Source: a virus. Taken from it: 58,305 bases of DNA. Each line of letters opens with the position of its first letter. The first letter of the stretch is position 1. Below are positions 37,866 through 44,644 of the stretch, one piece after another. The stretch lies in IMG/VR virus record IMGVR_UViG_3300025597_000015, positions 1-58,305 of that record; one strand, 5' to 3'. The translations under genes were made by a program, and so were the position numbers. The notes under the pieces are model-generated. The model was not told the origin of the DNA. It saw only the letters and a list, made by a program, of their open reading frames with translations, and ran no database searches.

Positions 37866-38885
37866 TTAATCTCCTTCAATATATACTTCAAGATCATTAA
37901 TAAGTTCTGCATTGGCTGAACTTGCAGGATTATTAATTACTGAAAGCACACGAACTGCTTTTGAATCTCTTGTAGGGTCGGGTTTCATACCCTGCACAAG
38001 CGCGAATACTTCATTGCCAACCTGCGTTAATTCAAGACTTGCATCAGCATCATCATTAGCCGCAAATCCAAACTGTCCTTTCGGGCATTCGTCATTTTCA
38101 AATACAACCCAACGCTTTCCATTAGATGAAATTCCCATATTTTTAATATAACCATTAATAAGTTTTACATCATATGGTGCAATTTTTCCTGCATCTTCAA
38201 GAGGAATTGCAAAGTCAGATTTTTCTGCAAACTTATAAATTGCATCCCAAAGTTCAGAATTTGTAATTGATGCTGTTTTCTGAATACCAGAAGAACCAAT
38301 ATTTAAATATGTGGTTCCTTTATACTCATTTTTCTTTCCATAAATATAATATTCTGCGCCAGCGATTGGATCAATATTACCTCGCGCAACTACAATTTTA
38401 TCTTCAATGAGGAAATATGCAGTGCGCTGAAAACGCGGTTTAAGTCCTTTCTTGAATCCACGATTTGGAAACTTCTTATTTACGTCCAGAAATTCCCTCA
38501 TATCAAGAGGAGTTGCTACCCCATCTGGATTGATTGAAACTCCATAAATGTTTCCTTTCTCGTCTTTATATCCATCGGGATTCTGTTCTGTAACAATTAC
38601 ACGGGATTTGGTCTTTTCGTTATTGAAATATGCGAGTGTGTCGTCTCCATATGATTTATTTAAATCGCGTTTTTCTACAAATCCCACACAAATACCTTTA
38701 TAACGTTCTCCCTTTCGTGCGGTAATTTTATTTAAAGCAGCAGAAATGAGTCCTTCAATTTCGGAATCTGAAACATTTCCTTTCTTTTCCGTAATTTTAG
38801 CAATAATACCATTTACTTTCTGCTGTGCTTTTTCACGTTCCATTCCAGTTGAAACTAACTTATCAATATACTCATTTACAGACAT
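37866..38885 (-). CDS. hypothetical protein, possibly ssDNA-binding
   Basis: 339 aa; GGTG SD; lies between the tRNAs and the Sak4-like gene; acidic C-terminal tip. The function is inferred from position only. Confidence 0.55.
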   Translation of the reverse strand: MSVNEYIDKLVSTGMEREKAQQKVNGIIAKITEKKGNVSDSEIEGLISAALNKITARKGERYKGICVGFVEKRDLNKSYGDDTLAYFNNEKTKSRVIVTEQNPDGYKDEKGNIYGVSINPDGVATPLDMREFLDVNKKFPNRGFKKGLKPRFQRTAYFLIEDKIVVARGNIDPIAGAEYYIYGKKNEYKGTTYLNIGSSGIQKTASITNSELWDAIYKFAEKSDFAIPLEDAGKIAPYDVKLINGYIKNMGISSNGKRWVVFENDECPKGQFGFAANDDADASLELTQVGNEVFALVQGMKPDPTRDSKAVRVLSVINNPASSANAELINDLEVYIEGD

Positions 38886-39164
38886 TTTTACACCAATAGT
38901 TGGGAGATTATTATTTGAAAACCACGTATGGAAATCTCCACTGTTAATTTTTCTTATTTACATAAGTGGCTGATGGAAGTTCAACGTATCCCATTTAACT
39001 TACCTCGATTAATGTAAGCACCACAACTATCGTCAGATGGAGAGAATAGACAAACACTCTCGCAAGTATAACAAACGTCTAATCTAACAATAGCGAATAT
39101 ATAACCCGCTCTTATTTCATACGCGCTATATGAATATAAGACTTACGTAGCCACGCTAACGGGA

Positions 39165-39237
39165 AGTCATTGATGGGGATTGAACCCATTAACTCCTGCT
39201 TACAAGGCAGGCGCAGTTCCATTACTGCTCCAATGAC
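39165..39237 (-). tRNA. tRNA-Thr (anticodon UGU)
   Basis: Hand-folded canonical 73-nt cloverleaf. Acceptor GTCATTG/CAATGAC, D loop TAATGGAA, anticodon loop CTTGTAA, T loop TTCAATC. Confidence 0.85.
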
Positions 39238-39246
39238 AATATATGA

Positions 39247-39339
39247 TTCTCGCATATATTACCTGTGCATAGGCAATATATTGTTGATAATAATACACTA
39301 TTATCTCCTGCGGATATTACTACAGACTCGCAACGAGAA
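39247..39339 (-). ncRNA. 93-nt spacer element closed by a 7-bp helix
   Basis: UUCUCGU pairs with GCGAGAA. The helix includes a U.G pair that is valid only on the minus strand. Internal hairpin GATAAT/ATTATC. Does not fit a cloverleaf. Confidence 0.3.
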
Positions 39340-39340
39340 A

Positions 39341-39413
39341 TACGCGAGAAAGGACTTGCACCTTAATTCTTTCCGTTATAAGCAGAATGCACTACTATAT
39401 ATGCTACTCGCGC
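39341..39413 (-). tRNA. tRNA-Ile (anticodon UAU), non-canonical elbow
   Basis: 73 nt with canonical arm lengths. Acceptor GCGCGAG/CTCGCGT, anticodon loop CTTATAA. The T loop is TGCAAGT (G at position 55) and the D loop ATATAGTA lacks GG. Confidence 0.75.
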
Positions 39414-39437
39414 AAAATACATATATATGACTTTTTT

Positions 39438-39512
39438 AATAATGGTACAGATTTGAACTGTACTCCCTGCTGATGCAGGTGTGCTAACCAAATTACACCA
39501 GTAATCCATTAC
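39438..39512 (-). tRNA. aberrant tRNA-like gene or pseudo-tRNA
   Basis: Good acceptor (GTAATGG/CCATTAT), D arm (GTGT-AATTTGGTTA-GCAC) and T arm (TACAG-TTCAAAT-CTGTA). The anticodon arm CCTGC-ATCA-GCAGG has only a 4-nt loop, and 5 extra nt follow the 5' acceptor strand. Confidence 0.45.
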
Positions 39513-39559
39513 CGATTAGGTAGAATTTATCTAGAAAATTCATTAAAGTCTAAACCTGA

Positions 39560-39643
39560 TGCGTGAAACAGGCATTGCACCTGTGAACTCCTACGAGAAT
39601 GCATCTTAAGTGCATCGGGTTTGTCTATCTTCCCTATTCACGC
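39560..39643 (-). tRNA. tRNA-Leu (anticodon UAA), class II, non-canonical elbow
   Basis: 84 nt. Acceptor GCGTGAA/TTCACGC, anticodon loop CTTAAGA, long variable arm. The T loop is TGCAATG (G55) and the D loop AAGATAGACAAA lacks GG. Confidence 0.8.
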
Positions 39644-39670
39644 GCTATATAGTATTTGTTTTAAAAGATA

Positions 39671-39793
39671 TTAAAGGTTTCTACTTTTAATGTATAAATA
39701 AATAAAAATATCGTTTAATTGAGGATATTTTTCTTTAATTTCTTTAAATTTTCTCAAACGGCGCATTGCATTTAATTTCTGCTGTGCTGTCAT
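39671..39793 (-). CDS. small basic protein (40 aa)
   Basis: ATG adjacent to the upstream stop; shorter than the track cut-off. Confidence 0.3.
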   Translation of the reverse strand: MTAQQKLNAMRRLRKFKEIKEKYPQLNDIFIYLYIKSRNL

Positions 39794-40267
39794 TCATTTT
39801 ACACCATCCAATTTATAACCTGTATTAATTCGTGTGCCTTTTGGAACATAAATTTCTATTTTATCTACACTCCGCATATCATCATAATATTTAATGATAT
39901 GTGGTGTGACATTACTACATTCTTTAATTGATGTATATCTACTATAAACATATTTTAAAGAATATTCGTCATTAGTTCCAGCATAATAAACAAATACAGG
40001 TTTTTCATCAATAGAACCAGAACCCAAAATAAACCCCCCATTTGTAAAAGCAGAATCTTCTATTGAAAGAATTGGTTCCGAAATTTCATATGGTTGGCAA
40101 AATGCACCGCCAATAACCCCTATTGTGCCAAACAGAATTGCTATATAAAAACATATATTAAAATCATCATGATGAAATAATACATCAATCAATATAACTG
40201 CAAGTAATCCGATAATAAGTCCAATTAAACAAAAAATCACTCCCAAAACAATTGCCGCTGTTATCAT
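39794..40267 (-). CDS. membrane protein
   Basis: Two N-terminal TM helices followed by a soluble domain. Confidence 0.6.
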   Translation of the reverse strand: MITAAIVLGVIFCLIGLIIGLLAVILIDVLFHHDDFNICFYIAILFGTIGVIGGAFCQPYEISEPILSIEDSAFTNGGFILGSGSIDEKPVFVYYAGTNDEYSLKYVYSRYTSIKECSNVTPHIIKYYDDMRSVDKIEIYVPKGTRINTGYKLDGVK

Positions 40268-40518
40268 TTTACATCCACTTCATAAAGTAATCTTATAGCT
40301 ATTACAGCAACATGCTCGGCTTCTTCATTAATCTTTGTATTCCGCTCCGGAGATTCTTTCATTTTAACCGCATCCCACAATTCATCGACTTCTTCAAGGA
40401 GAACTGCAAACCCTTCGTGTGCATTGTGCATTGGTTCTGGATGAATAGTCATTGCTCGTTTCAATTCAGTATAAATATTAGAATAAATTTTATTTATTTT
40501 TGGAGAATTTATTACCAC
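40264..40518 (-). CDS. MazG-like nucleotide pyrophosphohydrolase
   Basis: AHEGFAVLLEEVDELWDAV...EAEHVAVIAIR all-alpha NTP-PPase pattern. Confidence 0.65.
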   Translation of the reverse strand: MVINSPKINKIYSNIYTELKRAMTIHPEPMHNAHEGFAVLLEEVDELWDAVKMKESPERNTKINEEAEHVAVIAIRLLYEVDVK

Positions 40519-40715
40519 ATTCCACCTCTACTTTTTGGCGGTTGGTTATACTTCGTTTCTCTATATTTTTTGAAATAACTTTTTTCGGATGCTTTGTTAC
40601 TTTGATTTAAATCGTGTCTAATTTCGGTTGAATCGTGTTTAATCCAAAATTCGTTATTATCTTTATCAGAAACTTTCTTCCCATGTTCCTTTGATCTTCG
40701 GAAAGTTCTACTCAT
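40512..40715 (-). CDS. small basic protein
   Basis: 67-aa ORF. Confidence 0.5.
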   Translation of the reverse strand: MSRTFRRSKEHGKKVSDKDNNEFWIKHDSTEIRHDLNQSNKASEKSYFKKYRETKYNQPPKSRGGMW

Positions 40716-40961
40716 TTAAATTACCTTCACATAATCCAATTTTTCAAATATTTTGAAATTCTCATACCAACGACGTTTCATATAATAAGTTTTATTTTTA
40801 ACTTTAACACAACACAGTGTGCCTTTATAAGTCTCGATCCTTAAATAATATTGCGCCGAATTATAAGGGATTCCCTGCTTTACAAAGAAGCCAAGATCAT
40901 AAGCATCTTCATCTTTCCATTCTTTAAAAAAATTTACGAAAAAGGTTCCATTGTTTTCCAT
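40716..40961 (-). CDS. hypothetical protein
   Basis: 81-aa ORF. Confidence 0.55.
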   Translation of the reverse strand: MENNGTFFVNFFKEWKDEDAYDLGFFVKQGIPYNSAQYYLRIETYKGTLCCVKVKNKTYYMKRRWYENFKIFEKLDYVKVI

Positions 40962-41215
40962 GTTTCAATACCAACTGGTGTATCAAAATCAATCCAAAAT
41001 TTATTATCTTCTTTAAATACACTCCATCGTGTTCCAATTACATCTGTGAAATAAGATTTGCTACACTTCTTATATTTTTTATAAAGTTCATTTACTGGCT
41101 GTATTCCCGAATATTGTTTGCAAAAATTAAATATATCATTCTGCATTTCAGTAACTTTATTATTATTTTCACATTCCATCAAAAGTTCCTTCCAAAGTTC
41201 TTTTACTTTATACAT
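40934..41215 (-). CDS. hypothetical protein
   Basis: 93-aa ORF. Confidence 0.55.
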   Translation of the reverse strand: MYKVKELWKELLMECENNNKVTEMQNDIFNFCKQYSGIQPVNELYKKYKKCSKSYFTDVIGTRWSVFKEDNKFWIDFDTPVGIETWKTMEPFS

Positions 41216-41242
41216 AGTATTTGTTTTATAAGTTTATAAAAC

Positions 41243-41827
41243 TTACTCATCTCCTTTGTAATCATGTAGTCGTTTTTGATCATAGATAGATTCAAGCGAT
41301 TCTTGAATTTTTTCTATTCGTTTATTTAAATCACCAGTAACATAAATACATGGGATATTATATATATCGCAGAGTGTCATTACACCATCTTTCATAACAG
41401 TATAAATCCATGACTGCATATCTTCGTCCAAATCACGAATACCATTATCTTCAAGGATAAAATATTCATCAATGAAGAATACACAATCATAGGGTTTTGT
41501 AATAAGATGATAGTTAAAAGCATCGTGATAATTATTATAAATTCCACTATAGGATAATTTACACTTTATATCTTTATAATAATACATAAAATAATAATAA
41601 TTATCAATTACTGTTCTATCAGAAATAAAATTATTATATTTCTTTTCTTCATTGATCTGTTCTTTTAGAATACTAAACTGACTATTAATATTATTTCGTG
41701 CCGCCTTTGGGATTCTTCCCGCAACCTCTTCTATAATTGTATGATTTTTATAAATGTCGCGTTTCTTAATTTCTTCTACAAGTGTGCTCTTTCCACAACA
41801 AGCGGTGCCAACCAACCCCACTTTCAT
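41243..41827 (-). CDS. P-loop NTPase / kinase (NadR/AAA_28-like)
   Basis: VGLVGTACCGKSTLVEEI Walker A; ISDRTVIDNYYY. Confidence 0.6.
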   Translation of the reverse strand: MKVGLVGTACCGKSTLVEEIKKRDIYKNHTIIEEVAGRIPKAARNNINSQFSILKEQINEEKKYNNFISDRTVIDNYYYFMYYYKDIKCKLSYSGIYNNYHDAFNYHLITKPYDCVFFIDEYFILEDNGIRDLDEDMQSWIYTVMKDGVMTLCDIYNIPCIYVTGDLNKRIEKIQESLESIYDQKRLHDYKGDE

Positions 41828-42360
41828 TTAATCACCTCATATTTATTTTTTAACTTATTATAAATTTGTTTACTATACTTATAAAATTCTTCCTCTGTTC
41901 TATTAAGTTTTGTTGTATTGCATTTCCAACAAATAATTTCTACATTATCAACAGTTAGAATTTTTTCTCCATTTATTCTATCGATTGTGGGATTATTTTC
42001 TTTAGGAATATTTTTTCTTTTACCATATTTAGTATCATAATCAAGTTTATTATTACAATATTTACAATAAGAAGTTTTTTCTGCAATTGATAATAATTCT
42101 TTAACTCCAAATTTTACTATATATCCTTTTCTTTTATGTGAACCAATTGCAGCACGGCACCATTCTTTTATTGGATATTTATCAGCATAAGTTTTTTTAT
42201 ATTTTCTTCTTAATTCTGGATGTTCTGCAAATTTTTTTCTCGCGTATAAATTTCGACATTCTCTACAAATACAGTGTCTACCATATTTACCTCGTTTACT
42301 TGGAGTAAATAACGAAATATTTTTTATTTTATGACACATTGTACATTCTTTTTTCAACAA
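41824..42360 (-). CDS. HNH endonuclease
   Basis: Multiple CxxC pairs; PTIDRINGEK...NVEIICWKCNTTK; TTG start after GGAGG. Confidence 0.6.
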   Translation of the reverse strand: MLKKECTMCHKIKNISLFTPSKRGKYGRHCICRECRNLYARKKFAEHPELRRKYKKTYADKYPIKEWCRAAIGSHKRKGYIVKFGVKELLSIAEKTSYCKYCNNKLDYDTKYGKRKNIPKENNPTIDRINGEKILTVDNVEIICWKCNTTKLNRTEEEFYKYSKQIYNKLKNKYEVIK

Positions 42361-42361
42361 T

Positions 42362-42469
42362 TTATTCCTCCACTATTACATCATGATAACCACAATCGCA
42401 CCAATATTCATATGTTCCATCGTCATTTTTTACTATTTCAGCGTCATTATTACATTCTTTACATTTCAT
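42362..42469 (-). CDS. small zinc-ribbon protein (35 aa)
   Basis: CKEC...CDCG; ATGA overlap with the upstream stop. Confidence 0.4.
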   Translation of the reverse strand: MKCKECNNDAEIVKNDDGTYEYWCDCGYHDVIVEE

Positions 42470-42741
42470 ACAAACACCACACATGGTAATATGCTTGATA
42501 TAATTATCAACAACCAACTAATTATATATGCATAAAATATTGAAGTGCTAAAGAAAAATATTAGAAATCCCGCAAAGCCAAGAAAATTTCCAAAAATCCA
42601 AGACTCCAATCGTTCAACAACTTTTGGAAATTTATCATAATGACTCAAAATTACTAATGCAGTAAATAATATACCACATATTGAGCACCAACATACCAAT
42701 ATTATATTTAAAAGTTCTAATGAAATTGCAATACAAGTCAT
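42466..42741 (-). CDS. membrane protein
   Basis: 91 aa with three hydrophobic helices. Confidence 0.55.
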   Translation of the reverse strand: MTCIAISLELLNIILVCWCSICGILFTALVILSHYDKFPKVVERLESWIFGNFLGFAGFLIFFFSTSIFYAYIISWLLIIISSILPCVVFV

Positions 42742-42749
42742 AATAATCC

Positions 42750-43058
42750 CTATACAAATTCAATATATATATTTAATGATATTATAAATTCTATTATTTT
42801 TAATAATAAATAACCAGCAAATAAACATATACTGCACAAATATGTTATTATAAACATAGTTAATTTTAAACTCTCATTACATTCAAATTTATTAACATAA
42901 TACATGAGTTGTGTTTCATAAGGATTTAATTCTAATATACTACATATTAATAATATTATAAATGATATAAAACAAAATCCACACCAATATAAAAATAAAT
43001 TACTTATAAGATTAATTGGAATAGTTATAGTTGTCATTTTGTTCCTATATATTCCCAT
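42750..43058 (-). CDS. membrane protein
   Basis: 102 aa, hydrophobic. Confidence 0.5.
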   Translation of the reverse strand: MGIYRNKMTTITIPINLISNLFLYWCGFCFISFIILLICSILELNPYETQLMYYVNKFECNESLKLTMFIITYLCSICLFAGYLLLKIIEFIISLNIYIEFV

Positions 43059-43228
43059 TCATTTGTCATATTATTATTTTGAGGACACACATTCTTGAGA
43101 TTTTTCAATATCTGTGGCAATCGTCTTGGATCTATTTTTAAATATTTTTCGTGTTCAGTTATTTCAAATATACAAGGAAGATTACAACATTCTTCCTTGC
43201 ATTTAAATTTAAACTTTTTTATTGCCAT
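43034..43228 (-). CDS. small Cys-rich protein
   Basis: 64-aa ORF. Confidence 0.5.
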   Translation of the reverse strand: MAIKKFKFKCKEECCNLPCIFEITEHEKYLKIDPRRLPQILKNLKNVCPQNNNMTNEWEYIGTK

Positions 43229-43523
43229 TCTTTTTCCTGCCTTTTTGCATTGCTTTTTTATGTTCTTCCGTCAACACGCGGGTTGGTTTTTCTGCGTTGT
43301 CAAATTGTCTTTTTGTTTTATATGGACGATAATTATACATTGGACAATCAGGAGAATTACAATCTCCAATACCATCAGCAAAATATCCCATACAGTCGAA
43401 ACATTTGCTAACCATCGCCTGCGAACGTGTGATATTTTTTCCTTCTAAATGTGCAATAAGTTCTTTCTTACCACGATACGATTTTGCTTTCTTCACTTCT
43501 TCAATTTTTTTAGTAAAGTCCAT
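43209..43523 (-). CDS. hypothetical Cys-rich protein
   Basis: CFDCMGY...CNSPDCPMY. Confidence 0.55.
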   Translation of the reverse strand: MDFTKKIEEVKKAKSYRGKKELIAHLEGKNITRSQAMVSKCFDCMGYFADGIGDCNSPDCPMYNYRPYKTKRQFDNAEKPTRVLTEEHKKAMQKGRKKNGNKKV

Positions 43524-43525
43524 TA

Positions 43526-43684
43526 TTACACCTGAATATTACGCAATAGTTCAGAAGGCTTCATTCCATAATCTAACTGTGGCGACATTTCACAGCGCAT
43601 ACATTTACCATCTGCGATATGATCGCGACAAGTATCCGGCATTGTGTTTTCATCAACCTCAATTTGAACCCAATTACAATACAT
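43526..43684 (-). CDS. small Cys-rich protein (52 aa)
   Basis: GGTGAT SD; shorter than the track cut-off. Confidence 0.4.
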   Translation of the reverse strand: MYCNWVQIEVDENTMPDTCRDHIADGKCMRCEMSPQLDYGMKPSELLRNIQV

Positions 43685-43689
43685 TTAAA

Positions 43690-43827
43690 TCACCAAAATT
43701 TATTTTTAATTGCATTATCTTCATCGTGCTTCTTTACATTCTCATCTTCTTCTGGTTCTGGTTTAAACATACACTTCTCCTTTGTAGTATTGCATCTGAT
43801 TTTTTCAGCACATTGACTACATTTCAT
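43690..43827 (-). CDS. small Cys-rich protein (45 aa)
   Basis: ATGA overlap with the upstream stop. Confidence 0.4.
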   Translation of the reverse strand: MKCSQCAEKIRCNTTKEKCMFKPEPEEDENVKKHDEDNAIKNKFW

Positions 43828-44024
43828 GTTATCAATTCCATTAATTCACATGCACATAAATATACTTCATAATATCCATACGCATGCCCCTGTTCCCACG
43901 CGATTCTCATAAGAACATCTGCTTTTGGATTATTCTCTATTCCCAAATCTTTCTTAACGATTTCAAAAAAGTCAGGAATTTCACCTTTTTCATTTTTCAT
44001 ATCTTCCATTTCTTTATAATCCAT
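43824..44024 (-). CDS. hypothetical protein
   Basis: 66 aa, AGGTG SD. Confidence 0.55.
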   Translation of the reverse strand: MDYKEMEDMKNEKGEIPDFFEIVKKDLGIENNPKADVLMRIAWEQGHAYGYYEVYLCACELMELIT

Positions 44025-44055
44025 ATTTTACACCTATAAATGTTATTTTTATTAT

Positions 44056-44071
44056 CAAAAGAGCATTTTAA
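44056..44071 (-). promoter_or_regulatory. 16-mer TTAAAATGCTCTTTTG, second copy
   Basis: Exact reverse complement of 452..467; lies 32 nt upstream of the ATG at 44024. Confidence 0.45.
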
Positions 44072-44124
44072 AGAAACATCACATCAATTATGAACACTTG
44101 TGCATATTTTTCATGCATTGCTTC

Positions 44125-44136
44125 TATTAGAAACAA
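44125..44136 (-). promoter_or_regulatory. TTGTTTCTAATA motif, copy 2
   Basis: Exact 12-mer in an intergenic region, co-oriented with the downstream genes. Confidence 0.45.
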
Positions 44137-44166
44137 ATAATATTGTTTGGGGCATTAGAATTGATT

Positions 44167-44340
44167 TTAATCAATAGTTCTAATTAAATTTTCACTACCT
44201 TTTGTAGTTTCTTTAATTTCGGATATTTCAATATAAGTACCATCATAAACATTATCAAGATAAGTATCTAATGCTTCTTCGACATTTGCCGAACAGAATT
44301 TCTTATCTACATCCAAAATAATTTCAAATTTTCTAATCAT
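44167..44340 (-). CDS. small hypothetical protein (57 aa)
   Basis: Overlaps the upstream stop by 8 nt. Confidence 0.4.
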   Translation of the reverse strand: MIRKFEIILDVDKKFCSANVEEALDTYLDNVYDGTYIEISEIKETTKGSENLIRTID

Positions 44341-44644
44341 TATTCTTCTCCATAAACTCCTTTACTGTATATCTTTTCTTTTCTACAATTTCATATTCAA
44401 TAATAATAGAATCTTCGATCTTATCTTTATCTAAAATAAAACGATGTAAAGAATAATCATAATGTTCTAAAGTTTCAATATATCTTTTTAATTCTTTTTC
44501 TCTTTTCCATATTTTTCCAAATTCTGAAGTAAAAAATATTACTCCATTATTAACATAATTATTTGCTTTATCAGTATAATATTTTGAGTGTTCAGGAGTT
44601 TTACCATTTGAAAATTTACCATTTGGAAACAAAAGTTTAAACAT
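44333..44644 (-). CDS. hypothetical protein
   Basis: 103-aa ORF abutting the RNA ligase gene. Confidence 0.55.
   Translation of the reverse strand: MFKLLFPNGKFSNGKTPEHSKYYTDKANNYVNNGVIFFTSEFGKIWKREKELKRYIETLEHYDYSLHRFILDKDKIEDSIIIEYEIVEKKRYTVKEFMEKNND

Noticed and set aside
39041-39062. The plus-strand hairpin GAGAGAATAGACAAACACTCTC, which shares ATAGACAAAC with the D arm of tRNA-Leu, considered as a hint of another tRNA.
   Set aside because: No acceptor, anticodon or T arm can be built around it on either strand. It may be a fragmentary duplication or a coincidence.
39170-39430. Plus-strand ORF of 86 aa across the tRNA cluster.
   Set aside because: It is antisense to three tRNA-type genes, has no SD, and its composition is driven by the tRNA sequences.
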